NCBI RefSeq assembly: GCF_964355755.1
Contig: NC_092676.1
Coordinates: 15,270,871 to 15,334,870, forward strand
From: Antedon mediterranea
Taxonomy: Eukaryota; Animalia; Echinodermata
Direction of reading: 5' to 3'
Length of the DNA: 64,000 bases
How positions within the stretch are numbered: the stretch's first letter is position 1; each line of letters begins with the position of its first letter. The notes under the pieces are model-generated. The model was given only the letters and a program-made list of their open reading frames with translations, was not told the DNA's origin and did no database searches. The position numbers and the translations under genes are program-made. Below, piece by piece: positions 25,803 through 38,765 of the stretch.

Positions 25803-28800
25803 AATACTAATAATAATAATAATTTAGGTATTTGTATAGCGCCAGAATCAACTAAACCAAAGTAAAAATCAAAGGCGCTTATATTGAATGTTAAAAAGAT
25901 GCATTTTAAGTTCTTTTTTAAAAATAGCAATAGAAGTTGAATGAGTAAAATGACGAGGGAGAGAATTCCAAAGAGAAGCAGCAGAGAACATAAAAGACCT
26001 TTGTCCATAAGATTTGGTGTTAATTCTAGGAACAAGTAGTAGGTTTTGATCAGCCGAACAAAGACAAGCAAGAGGGGTGTAGGTGGGAAGAAGATCAAGG
26101 ATATAAGTAGGTTGTTTAAGAAGTATCGCTTTAAATGTTAGTAAAAGGATCTTATATTTTATACGGGAGTCAATAGGTAGCCAATGGAGGTTATATAAAG
26201 TAGGAGATATGTGTGAGAATCTTCTAGTAAGAGTTAGAATGCGTGCAGCAGTGTTCTGGAGACGTTGAAGTCGATTCATTGAAGATTTCGGTAGGGCAAA
26301 AAAAAGAGAGTTGCAATAATCAAGGCGAGAAGTGACAGTGGCATTTATTAATGTAGAGGCAGTACGCTTTGACAGATTCTTTCGAATGCAAGCAATGTTA
26401 CGTAGATGGAAGTTAGTAGTTTTTGTAACATGACTTATATGTTTGTTGAAGGATAGTAATTCATCAAAATAAACCCCAAGATTTTTAACAAAAGGTGATG
26501 GAAAAATTGTACAGGAATTAAAAGAAATCGAGGGAATATTGAATTTGGAACGTATGTGTTTGGTGGAAAAAATGATAAATTCGGTTTTAGAATTGTTAAG
26601 CAAAAGCATGTTGGATGATAGCCAGGATGATAGCCAGGATGATATTTTAGAGAGACAACTTTCAAGTCGTTTAGTCATATCGTGAGATTCAGAAGGATTC
26701 AAATCGACATATAGCTAAAGTCATCAGCATATAGGTGGTAGTGTAAATTGTATTCTTTAATAATTTCAGTGAGAGGGGAAATATACTGTACAGAGAAAAA
26801 AGCAAGGGCTCAAAGATAGAACACTGTGGAACTCCGCATTCAAGGCTCTTAGGAGCAGATCTAGTATCATTGATTTTTACGCACTGGGTCCGGCCAGTCA
26901 GATAAGATCGAAACCAATCTAAAGCACTATTAGACACTCCATAGTAATCTGAAAGACGACAAAGAAGGATGTTGTGATCAACAGTGTCGAAAGCAGATGA
27001 AAGGTTTAGCATACAAGTGCAACAGCACGCTTTCGATCCAAGGCACAGACAATATCATTATGAATTTTGGTGAGGGCAGTTTCAGTACTGTGACCAACTC
27101 TATATGCAGATTGAAATGGATTTAAAAAATTGAATTTGTAGAGATAAGATATAAATTGATTTGAAACTATTTTCTCAAGGAGCTTTCCAAGGAAGTGAAG
27201 ATTTGATATTGGTCGGAAATTTTTTAACAAATTGGAGTCAAGGGATGACTTCTTTAGAATAGGTTTAATAACGGCAGTTTTAAAGATTTCAGGAACGGTT
27301 CCTGAAATAATGGATTTATTAACTGTAACTGTGAGTGGATCTAAAAATGAAGTAAGGCAAGATTTTAACACATTTGTTGGAATAGGATCAAGGGAACAGG
27401 AGGCAGAGGATAACGAAGAGACAAATTTCATAACAGTTGAGCAATCAATAGGAGTAAAAGCAGAAAATGAACAATTAACAGGTGCATAAGTAATTGGCGG
27501 AGGTAAAGAACAATGCGTTTCGGAAATTTATTTCGAATTTTAGCAATCTTATCAAAAAAATAGTTAGAAAAAAGTTTGATCAAACCAGGTAAATTTTCAT
27601 GAGTAGGATATGAAATTACAGACGTGCCCTTCAAAATCTTATTAATAACATTAAACAATTTTCTTTTGTTCTTGGAGGATTCATCAATGTGTTTCGAAAA
27701 ATAATCGGTCTTAACTTTTTTGAGTTTCTTGTTGAACAGTTTCAATTGATTTACATATTCATATTTATCATTCTCAGAATTACTGAAACGCCACTTTTGT
27801 TCATATTTACGAACGGTACGTTTAGCAAATCTAAGAGTTATACCAAGGTTTGGTGTTTTCTTTATTACGGATCTCGGTTTCCTGAACTGGCGCAAACTTA
27901 TCAAGTGCCAATCGCAAAGTATTGTACAGTGATATACTGTAGCACAAACATCAGCAGTGTCTAAGCTGCCTACAATTTTCTTAGATCCAGAAAAAACAGC
28001 GTTAATATAGTTCTGGAATTCATTTAAATTAATTGCCTTGATATTTCTTCTCTTTATCTGTTTCTTATGGGATGGCGTATTTATCATTTTAGACGGAAAA
28101 ATAACAGGACCATAAAATCTATCACGGAGTGATCACTGAAAATGAAACCACGATCCTTAATGTTACAAATGGATGTAGAAACTTTAGTGATAATCAAATC
28201 CAGTAGGTTAGCCTTATTGTGAGTTGGAAAGTATATGTTGAATTAGGTTTTAATCGTTAAAAACATCTTTTAATTTGCTAGCAAATAATAATAATAAATA
28301 ATAATAAATGAAAACTTATATAGCGCCAGTATCCTCCACCCATGTGGCGCTCATGGCGCTTTGTGCATTAACAACGTGCGAGAACATCAGCGAATAGCGA
28401 CGTCTTTGAGTTGGTCTTGAAACTGTTTAGACTAGTTGAGCATTTAACTGTTGCTGGTAAGCTGTTCCAACGTAAAAAGATCTCTGACCCCACTGATTTT
28501 TTGCTCTACGCTCTTGAAGAAGGTTTTGTGACAATGATCGTAGGCCTCTGCGGGATGATTGGTAACGATCCACAAGGTCAGATAAATAAGCAGGAGCACT
28601 GTCATTTAGGATCTTGAATACAAACAACGCAAGTTTGTACTTAATACGTTGTTGAACAGGCAACCAATGCAAATCCATCAGGACAGGAGTTATGTGAGCA
28701 TTTGATTTTGTATAAGTTACAATTCTAGCTGCCATATTTTGCAAGCGCTGCAAACGTTGTATTTGAGATTTTGGTATGCCAAACAACAAGGCATTACCAA

Positions 28801-29075
28801 TGCATAAATGAGCATTAAAGTCTCCGAGGAATATTGTTGTACAATTCGAACTCAGGTTGTCATCTAGCGAAGAAAAAATTCCTCAAGAAAACTATCCGAT
28901 TTGGCTGATGGCGGACGGTAAATAGAAATAATCCGCAAGTTTAGTGATTTCGACAAAATTTCACAGCATTCGTACAAACAACTAGGGGTATGTTGTTCGA
29001 CAGGTTTAAAACCAAGTTCTGATTTGAATAAAACACCAACACCACCACCTCGTCTACCCTGTCTACTGTACGGAT
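25803..29075 (-). mobile_element. Decayed L2/CR1-group non-LTR retrotransposon (APE endonuclease + reverse transcriptase ORF2, frameshifted)
   Basis: APE motifs RGGGVGV, IYRPP and GDFNAH (28800-29070), then PTH, LDL and SDH (28120-28260). RT motifs NFRPISNL, SAFDTVDH, GVPQCS and YADD (~26720-26731); C-terminal SRLDYCNS, LQRLQN and LHWLP. The 3' end has an AAGCGCC...GGCGCTATACAAAT stem and an (ATT)n tail. ORF2 is broken into ORFs 27428-28087, 27006-27431, 26689-27012 and 25869-26702. Confidence 0.93.
28284..28800 (-). mobile_element. 5'-truncated L2-type LINE of a different family, nested in the endonuclease region of the first
   Basis: ORF 28427-28789 has LQRLQNMAARIV, HITPVLMDLHWLPV and GQRSF. 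It has its own AGCGCC...GGCGCTATATAA 3' end and (TTA)n tail at 28284-28345. Confidence 0.9.
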
Positions 29076-30042
29076 CTTTTTCGACGAACTAATAATAAAC
29101 TTCAAACGAAATGAACATTTGGTAATGCGGTACTCCCTCCGAAAATGCCTCGATAGTGCATGTGTTGTGTACTGTGTTTTGGTGGTCTGTTAACCTCAGA
29201 TATATAACCACAGCTGGGTGAATAACTCAATGTAATTTAGTATACAATGATTGCAGTAATCCCCATGTCTATTACACAAATCAATAAAACGCCAAATACT
29301 CCACACACCTTTTTTCGGTGGTGTACAGTACATACAAGACATTTCATGTTTATTTTTTGCCTATGAAATAATAAAACTCCATGTTTAACGTTTAATTTTT
29401 TCCGTTTGTACTGCATACCATTATTATATAAAAAACCTTCATACGCGAGAAAAAAGTTCCTGATTACACTCCACTTAGGGGTGTAAATATACCTTGCTAC
29501 GAATCCACGTCTAGCGACGGTTGCGGGTATGTTGCATTTTTATTCACGAAATAAACAATGTTTTCATATCAATAAAATACAGATTGTTAAACACCTTTAA
29601 AAACTTGATAAATACAAAAAAAAGGGAATATGAATTGAATCGTCCCACCAAAAGTGGGCCGAATCCTCTCAGGGCCGAATTGTCCCGGATTCTTTAGTAA
29701 TAGTAGGACCCTAAAATATCTCTATCATAACAAATATCATCTATCAATACATTTATTCATATTAATAAATATAATATAAGGAGGGTTTTTATGTCAACGG
29801 CCCAGCATCTAATACGTACGCTGGGTCTGCACTACTACTACAGCTAGCTAGGCGTAAGTACCTACTTTTTAGGCCTATGCCGTGTAGCCTATCCTAACTA
29901 GAGGCTAGGCCTAGATAGTAGCTAGTGTAGGCTAGCTAGTAGTAGGCCTAGTCTAGCTAGCTAGTAGGGCCAGGCCTAGGGCCCCTAGGCCCTAGCTAGC
30001 CTAGAAGAGGCCTAATGCTGCCTAACCCTACTTTATACTTAC

Positions 30043-30135
30043 CTACTGTGACCTAGTTTCTGTAGTTACTGCTTTCAAAATCTAATCTGCCATTCTTAAA
30101 TTGAGTAAACCGTTTGGAAATTTAACTTCCGTTTG
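30043..30135 (-). promoter_or_regulatory. Probable non-coding first exon and promoter of the single-pass membrane protein gene
   Basis: Strong AG|GTAAGT donor at 30042, followed by a CTAG/TAGGCC-rich patch (29840-30030). An ETS-like ACGGAAGT lies at ~30125-30132, and an in-frame stop precedes the ATG at 24693. Confidence 0.5.
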
Positions 30136-30304
30136 AAAATTGTGTTGAAATTATAAATACAAGGTGTTAACCACGGCGTTATAAATATAATAGGCCTATG
30201 TTACGGAACCTACGTCGCCAGGAAATTCCTAAGCACATGTCAAAACAAAAGAAAGGGGGTGAAATGAAATAGCGCCACCAGTTTATTATGGTTATTTATT
30301 TTCG

Positions 30305-32552
30305 CCAGCCAGCTATATCCCCAGAGGACTACTCATTCAGAAGCTATATCAAGCGGAAGCTATATTTCTAGAGGCTGACATTTTTAATATTTTGTAAACT
30401 CGGACGGGCATGCTCAAATTACAAACCCCAAAGTACATCTGAGAGAATTAGAGAGTCTATGAAAACATTTGCTGATAAATACAGTATTATTGAGATGCAT
30501 GTAGACGGTAATCTGTAAAATCTTGTTTAATAAGTAATTATTTTGTTATTGCTGTTAACATGCCATTATTATAACAATTCATTGTCTTCACTGAATTGAA
30601 TGAATTTTTAAAAAATGGCAATCTAGACCGATATTATAATCGTAATGTAATAAATTCGCAGTCAAGATAATCATTGAATTATGGTCAAAACAGTCCATAA
30701 TAAAGTTTTTGTTTGTTGTAATAGGATACAATTTGATCACACTTGAATGTCCCGTTGGGCCATGACCATTTATTACTTGATATGACATCTAGGCTTGATA
30801 AAGTGACCCTCAGACTTGACCTTAGCAAATAAATAAACTAAAGTTACAGAAATTGAGTCTGTTTAGCTGTCTAAAATTGGCTTTGATATTATTTAGACAT
30901 CATTTTTATTTAAATTATTTAATAACTTCACCATCTTTTACAGATTCAGAGTTTTTTTTATTTTTCAATTTCAATTGCACAGTTATGACACATCAAAGTA
31001 TGAATTCTTGTTGTATTTTACTTCAAATACAAAAGTTATTCACTTCTGTAACAAAAAATAATAATTATTCACAAATTATTCAAAAAGTGAAAAGAAACGT
31101 TTAATTTTAACCCAAAAACCATTGTCTGACAAAGTATTTTTGCTTTAAATTACATTTTTTTCAGGTAAATAATTTTTTTGGTTAACATCAATATTCTATT
31201 ATGTGACAATAAAATGACACATTCAAAAACAAATTTGAAAAAAAAAAATTGTTCAGGGGGACAATAACTGTTACATCAAGTGAGCAGCGTTTTTTGTAAG
31301 AAATATTTCTTGTTTAATTACGGTATATCGAGTATAATCAGGGTCTACCCCTACTTTATGTCACGGTTATAGTCCCAGTACTTACTTTTGGTCTGGATGT
31401 ACAGTAGGCCTCTCTCTCTGGCTAGCCTGTTCAGATGAGTTTTTACAAGAAATGCTTAATCATTTTTTTCCTGAACCAGGGTTTCCCCAGGTATAGTCCC
31501 AGTTCATAGTGAGAGAACCATTGAATTTTAATTCAGTTGTGTATGGTACTACATGGAACAAAATGTCAATCAACAATCGGATTTTATTATGTTCAATTTA
31601 TTTATAAAACTTTTAATGACAATTTAAGTGATACAATACAATATGAATTAATTAAATATTTAAAGACACCTTCCCTACAATTTGTGACGTTTTGTAAAAA
31701 TAATACATATATATTACTTTAAAAACATTAAACCAGGTTAGGAGTCTTCCATTTGTTTTGGCCTCACGATCGATCGAAAAGTGGGTGAATTACAGAAGAA
31801 AAACAAAAATATAAATTCGCGCGCAATGCATTTTGGAATTTATAGGGGGCCGCTATAATTATTAGAATCGACTTATTTTTCACATTTTTAACCATTTAAA
31901 GACGAAAAAAGTTATCGCAATAGAACCATATAGTATTATTTTTACAATAAATATAGTTTGTGATCTTAAATTAGATCTAAACAAGAAATATTTCTTACAA
32001 AAAACGCTGCTCGCTTATTGAAAAATATTTTTTATTTCAAATGTTTTTGAATGTGTCATTTTATTGTCACATAATAGATAGTTATTTTACCTGAAAAAAA
32101 TGTAATTTAAAGCAACAAATACTTAAATTGTCTGTCAGACAATGGTTTTTGGGTTTCTTTTCATTTTTTATATGTGAATAAATATTACTTTTTTGTTACA
32201 GAAGTGAATACTCAATTTCTGTCACTTTAGTTAATTTTATTGCTAAGGTCAAATCTGGGGGTCACTTCATCACCCTAGATATTTCAATTGTGAAGTATCC
32301 TATTACAAACACAAACTTTAATGGAAGATAATAATTCAATGAATATTTGACAGTGAATATAGGGATTTGTAATTTTAGCATGACATGTCCTAATAGACTC
32401 TTTCCCAGACGTTTTTTGGGTCTACTGTAGCAGCTGGAATCAATAAATTATAGTGGAGTTTCCATTTTCACAAAACTGTCTGTCCTTAGAACTATAACTG
32501 CTGCTTGCTTTAGCTTCTGATTGAGTAGTCCTAATGGGACGTAGCGGGCTAG
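30305..32552. repeat. Long diverged inverted repeat (arms ~30305-31317 and ~31977-32552)
   Basis: Paired blocks include GAGCAGCGTTTTTTGTAAGAAATATTTCTTGTTTA / TAAACAAGAAATATTTCTTACAAAAAACGCTGCTC, TATTCACTTCTGTAACAAAAAA / TTTTTTGTTACAGAAGTGAATA, and GGACTACTCATTCAGAAGCTA / TAGCTTCTGATTGAGTAGTCC. Confidence 0.85.
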
Positions 32553-32584
32553 AGATGCAGCGTGAAAACGTAGGGAAGGTGTCT
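31664..32584. mobile_element. Non-autonomous DNA transposon with TTAA target sites (Kolobok-like)
   Basis: TTAA|AGACACCTTCCCTAC ... GTAGGGAAGGTGTCT|TTAA: a perfect 15-bp TIR with a purine-purine start. Confidence 0.75.
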
Positions 32585-33847
32585 TTAAAATAAAGTTGAA
32601 AATACTAGCACCAGCAAACAATACGCACTACAGTAATTTGTCCAAGGTGAAGTATACATTATAAAAATAAAGCATTTAAGCTCCAATCACATGTTTATTT
32701 AGTAGTTTAATTTTATTACACATTAAATACTATGGTGGTCTTTATTGCACACAAGTTTTACATTACATGTACATATACTATAAATTACTACTATTACACT
32801 ATATCTTTTATTATTGCACAATAATACTTTGTATACAGTAGTTACACACTGCATAGTAGGCTACAGTATGATGTCAGACTTAAGTTATATACTGATAAAT
32901 ACTATATATACATTTCCATTAATATCTTGTCAATAAAAATGTTCTAATAAACAATGCTATATTATAATTAGTTATATTGTCTCCGTAAAATAAAATGTTT
33001 TACAATGTTTTGTTGAATATGCCATTGTAATGTCACATAATAGTTCGAATAGGATAATAAGAATTAAAAAAATTTTTCCTGAAAAAAATGTAGTTTTTTT
33101 TACCTAAATTGTCTTGGGTACGCATAGACTCTAGGCCCTCCATGGTTGTTTTCAATAGGAGTGGTGTGTGTTATGTCATCGAATCTAAGCTTCTATCATC
33201 AAAAAGAAATCCAAACGAGCAGTACAGTATGTTAATGTAACTGTTTTCTAGACTACACTGTTATGCAAATTGCTGTCTCCTGTTTACATGTTCAACCAAA
33301 AACTATCTATTAACTATTCAGGTTGGCAAGTCTTGACATTCAATATTATATTAAGGACTGGTGATGTCATTGCATAGAAAAATTAATGTCCAATTCAATT
33401 GCATACACCTACAGTATTATCTACCAGATTATAGTAATATTTAAAATAAATTAAAACAACTTGCATTGTACTTGATGAAAGGATGAATAACATGAAATAC
33501 ATAATAACAATACATAATGGACCCAGATATTTGAGATATTTAAACAAAGTTGGACTCAAAATTGTTATAGCTATTGATGAATATGTGGAACCATGTGTTT
33601 GGATATATCAAACACAAAATTAAAATATGTATAGCTGTGCTTTATTTAGGCTTTACAATTTTTTATCTTAAATTATTGAAATAGTTCTGTACAATTATTA
33701 GGAGACATGGTTGTTTTTTGTACATCTACTAAGCAACTTCTTGACAAAAAATAAAGACACAAAATAGCTTTTAACAGTATACATTTTTAAATACCTAAAA
33801 GTGCACATTCACCTTTATGGATTTGCCACAGATTGTATTCAGTAGTA

Positions 33848-35010
33848 CTACGGTGGATGTGCCTGTTTCTCAACAACTGCATCATCCAAATATCCAACAG
33901 ATAATTCCACTCTGAAAGATAAACATAACATAGATGGCGCTATTATAAATTGATATGGAATCATCACAACATTTGACCCCAAACATAAAAGCTACTAAAT
34001 TACTAGCTGAATGGGGCATTGAAGTGAGGAAAGGAGAACTGAGAGCAAACAACTTCTCTTACAATGCACATTCCAAGGAGTTTCCTTCAGACTTTTAGTA
34101 CTGTTGGACCTGGGCTTAGGAACAATCTGCCTTTACAAATTGAAAACTCATCGTTGGACAATTTTAAGTCACTTCTAAAAACTAACTTTATTCTGATTTT
34201 CTTTTTGACAACCATGAGCAATGGAATGGCGCATTAAAAACAGAGAATGATTTGTTGATATTGATTGGGGCTGGCAATGAAACTTGTCATACATTTAGGT
34301 TACACAGTACTACAGTAGCCCAGATACCTCACATATGTTATGTTTTGCACCAGCAATGATAGCACAGATACTAAGGATACAATAACAACAAATGAAATTT
34401 ATGATAATTGTACTTGTAAAATACCTGTTAAGACAAGTATTTCTGCTTACCTATTTGGTGGATGGTAAGTTGGATGTGAGTATATTGAAGTGGGATCTGG
34501 AGCTGTTGTTGGCTGATTAGGAATATCTGGTCTTAATACAGAGTATCCCTGTGTATCATAAGTTGGCAAATCGCATGGTATATAGCTGGTAGGTTGTTGT
34601 GCAGATGCTATTCCAGAATTCATTGGTCTGTTTTGAAACGGTGGGTAGCCTGGCAAAGGGGCATATGTAATCATTGCTTGCCCTTGAGTATACTGTACAG
34701 ATTGAACACTAAGCGGGTTAGAATTCATCATATTCTGTCTGGCACGTCGACCTGCAGTAGCTCCAATGAATATGAACAGCAATCCACTTGATAGTAGCAT
34801 AAAACCTAGGATATTGGTTCTCTGAGTAGCAAGTGCAATTCCAAGAACAAACATCAATGCACCTACAATCATAAAACCTCTGCTGCATCCCTTTGAGGCT
34901 GCATTCTGTCGATCTGCTGCTATGAATGTTAAATAAGTGAGGGGCGGTGAGTTGCTTGGTACGGTTGTCTGGCCATACACCATCTGCAAATCAGGATTAT
35001 AATTGTACAT
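33848..35010 (-). CDS. Uncharacterised two-TM membrane protein (~207 aa) with a Pro/Tyr/Gln-rich tail
   Basis: Coding exons 34451-35010 (acceptor after 35033, AACATG start, AG|GTAAGC donor, phase 2) and 33848-33911 (RVELSVGYLDDAVVEKQAHPP*). Hydrophobic helices GFMIVGALMFVLGIALA and ILGFMLLSSGLLFIFIGATAG; LPGY and LPTY motifs. A likely non-coding first-exon donor lies at 37154. Confidence 0.85.
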
Positions 35011-36257
35011 GTTGCCTTATGTATTCAACAAATCTGTAGAAGAAAATGAATGAATCAGAATGCTATTTTATAAACAATTAAGATACATAATTTAATGAAA
35101 TATGTAAATTATTTATCATGGAATTAAATTATTATACAGTACTTTGATATATAGTATACCTTATTATTTTATTTATCACATGACAATGAAGAAAAAAAAG
35201 TTTTCCACTTTTCTCCCCGATTACAAAGTTTTGATGTATATGTGTTGTTTTCTGCATTAAAATAAAAAGGCTTACACACATAAGCAAATTTACGATATTT
35301 AAGTCTTTATACGACCATCTTTTTTGGAAAGGGGATTCCCCTCACATAGCCACCATGCGATACCGCTAGTGACTGCACTCCTTATCTCTCAATAATATAT
35401 AGAGGGCACTGCTGTTGACCTAAAAAAATACCACCTCCTGTTTTTTTAACTTTAGATATTGGCATGTATGTGGAAGATATGAAAAAATACTTTTTAAATT
35501 GAACTGGCCATTATAATGATAATGTAACAACATCTGATAGGCACAATTCTTATAAGAATTCATACACATTTCTGCAGCATAAAGTTATACGTCAAGGTCA
35601 CCTTTAATTCTGAAGAGCTGTAAGATATTAAAATATACGGTGTATGTGAAATTACACGATTCAAATTTGTAGGTGTGATGACGTCATCAAAATGAAAATG
35701 GCCATGAAAAAGATAATTGGTTGAGCAAGCACATATTAAAATTTGAGACAATTGGGCACAGATATAAGCAAGATGAGAGGTTATGGAAATGAAAGCAATT
35801 TCTCACGTATAAGGTGAGCCTACTTTAAACCAAAGATTGTTAATGTTATTAATCATTTTGTTTTGGGTATTCATCAAGTTTTTGAAGGTGTTTGAACTAC
35901 TACAATTTAATAACATATTTCATTGATTATTGATTATTCAAATGTTTATAAAAATAAATTACCGTACTAAAAAAATGCCAATATCCAATTAATATTTCGA
36001 AAACATTTCCCCAATGAATGGCAATGCCGAATCGTCCCGGCCAAAAAATACTAGTCTTTGCCGAATCAACCTGCTACATCGTAGGCCTACTAACTAGCTA
36101 GGCCTAGATTAGGGCCTATCTAGTAGTAGTAGCCTAGCCCTTTCTTAGGCTTTTAGCCAGTCTAAGGCTCTCTGAGACTAGGCTAGGCCCAGCTAGTAGT
36201 GGTAGGCCTAGTAGGCCTAGGCCTATTAATTATGTATTTAAGTTATACAGATTCACT

Positions 36258-37143
36258 GGCGCTAGTTCCGTTTCGCACCTGTCGTTTATTTCGACTCAAA
36301 ATTGGTTAAGTAACTTTATCGTGAGTACCACACCTTAGAATTAGGCCTCAAAAATACTTTTACGAAGGAGATCACACAAAAAGTAAAAAATAAATCCTTT
36401 AAATTGATGAATTTACAGACGTGTTTCTCGCACATCGGTTCGTGAATTTCGCATACTCCATGTTCAATGTTGTTGTTTCTATGGAGCGCCAAAAGAGCAA
36501 TCATAATAGAGGGCTAAAAACTCAGTAAATTTCGTATATTTAATGCATTTATTGGTGACAATTACGTTCAATTTTATCATATTTTGTCAATGTCAATGCA
36601 ACAAAAATATTACTGTTGATACTGTACATGGTTTTTGCAGGAGCTTTTAGGAATGAAAATCGACAAATTCATCATCATATTACATGTACTGTAGGGGTAT
36701 ACCTTAATCTAAATAATATGCCTCTTAGTCTTAGTCTTACTCTTAGGCCTAGGATTGGTTGCTATTTGAAAACAGCAAATTATTAGCAGTAAAATGTTAT
36801 AGCATTTTTATTGACAAAATATATTAAAATTAAACGTGTATTTCAATAATAAATGAATTAAAAGAAGACGCATTCCACTGAGGTTTTAACCATCTATTGT
36901 TGTTGCTCTTTTGGCGCTCCATAGAAACGAAAATATTGAACTTCGAGTATGCTAAATTCGCGGCGAACGGTATGCGAGAAACATGTCTGTAAAATCATCA
37001 ATTTGTTACTTTTTATGTGGTTCTTCTTCATAAAAGTACTTATGAGGCCCAGTTTTAAGGTGTGGTATTCACAATAAGTTGCTTAACAATTTGGAGTCAA
37101 AAGGAAGTCGAAATAAAAACAGGTGCGAAACGGAACTAGCGCC
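36258..37143. mobile_element. Foldback-type non-autonomous DNA transposon with ~280-bp TIRs and an 8-bp TSD (MULE-like)
   Basis: GATTCACT|GGCGCTAGTTCCGTTTCGCACCTGT ... ACAGGTGCGAAACGGAACTAGCGCC|GATTCACT; the arms pair over ~36258-36535 and ~36868-37143. Confidence 0.88.
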
Positions 37144-37299
37144 GATTCACTTACACTTCATAAAAAAACAATATGGCTTCTTAACATATACCCAACTAAT
37201 TTAGCTGGTTAGGCACAATTCTCCTTCCTTCATTTATAATATTATTACGCTAGGCCTAGCCTCCTAGGCCTTCGTTGTTGTTGTTAACGTTGGTTTAAG

Positions 37300-38137
37300 C
37301 AAAGAATATTATATCACAAGAATGAGTATTCCGCGATTTTTGCATGAGAAATTTGTAACAGAGAGCTCCAGTGAGTGATGCCCGCCCTCATAAGGGCGGA
37401 TGTATACATACTAAATAAGACTTGATTTAATAGATATTATACATGTCACATTAAATAGAATTATGATAATAGTTTTTGCAATTGTAAACTATTTTATAAT
37501 ACATATTTATTAACAAACTAGTGTACATTCACTTTTACAGACAATTATTTACTAACATGCTAAGTTAGTTCACAAAAAAGGCCTAACACAGCAACACCAA
37601 AAATCAATGAATCGTTACTCAGCACGGCCTATTCTTTACCATTGCCGTGTACTACTCTACGCCCGGTAAATTAAGTATTGTTTTTATGATATAAATTAGT
37701 ATAAAATACATGTTATTAATAGGACAAAATGTTAAATGTTATTAAAATTTATTTGTTTTACCAGAAACAAGTTAAATATAGGAATATTATTAAACAATCC
37801 TTCGTGAAAATGCGTAAACACCAACACGCCCGGTCACGCTATCGTAGCGCCCGGTTGATAAAGCAAACTGTTTATACGGCAGTTTTTACTAAATAAATTG
37901 CATAAAACGAACAATTAAATATCCAAATAGTATTTAACATGATGTTGGCATGTAGTTGATAACATTTTTTATCATGAAAATACTACCGGTGGTCTAGCCT
38001 TTGATTATTGAAACCGTCACAAAAAGTTGTATACATCCCAGATACATCCACACTTATGGCGGCGCCCTACCACATGGACAATATTACTGTTACAGGGAAA
38101 ATCACGGATTACTCATTCTTGTGATATATATTCTTTG
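37300..38137. mobile_element. Non-autonomous DNA transposon, 838 bp, CA...TG ends, 7-bp TSD (P-element-like)
   Basis: GTTTAAG|CAAAGAATATTATATCACAAGAATGAGTA ... TACTCATTCTTGTGATATATATTCTTTG|GTTTAAG; a near-identical copy lies at 60186-61022. Confidence 0.9.
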
Positions 38138-38569
38138 GTTTAAGGTTTTTTTTAATAGTGCAAAGCCTGCCCTCTATATTGTTTTGACGCAAAAACTGCG
38201 GCAAAATGCATTGACGTGTGTTCAATAAATATTTATTTTATGTCCCGTTTTATGGCCCCAATAATGGGAAAGCCAAAAATACTATTTAAAGAGCTCGAAT
38301 GTACACACATGACATGATTTAAATAGTGTATTAGTTCATTATATCTGTAGTGTAGATGACCCGATCAATTCCCCAAAATGAGCCTTCCTTTCAAACGGTC
38401 ACTGTGGATCATTGGGATCATGAGGTAACAAATATATTATTTTGTACTTCCATGATTGGGATGATATGCTAGGCCTATAGCAACACCCTTACCAAAACTG
38501 GCATTTTGAAGAAACTTAAGCCTATTTTTCAATTTTATTATAGGCCTAAATTGCGCAGTACGTGTGTTG

Positions 38570-38765
38570 GACGTGGAACTACTGATCGTGAGATCGTGGT
38601 TCGAATCCAACTTTCGCCCCATTGCTTATATCCGTAGGTAAGATACTTTACTTACATTTGCCTCTCTCATCCAGGTGTATAAAATGTACCCGGTTATATC
38701 AAGACACACCTTTGTGCTGATTAGTTGTTGCGTTATGGGAGTATGTTTCCATACGTGTTTGATCC
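38570..38765 (+). mobile_element. Degenerate tRNA-derived SINE
   Basis: B-box GGTTCGAATCC near 38598, followed by GCCTCTCTCATCCAGGTGTATAAAATGTACCCGG, which resembles a conserved SINE central domain. Confidence 0.6.

Larger units (their letters stand above)
25548..29692. mobile_element. Old TIR DNA transposon remnant enclosing the LINE insertions
   Basis: GTCGATTCGGCCCCGAGATGATTCAGCACAC at 25548 matches the reverse complement of GTGGGCCGAATCCTCTCAGGGCCGAATTGTC near 29654-29684 at 25 of 31 positions. Confidence 0.5.

Noticed and set aside
25869-28789. Retron, group II intron or active RT gene
   Set aside because: The APE domain, L2-type C-terminus, simple-repeat tail and multiple frameshifts indicate dead LINE copies.
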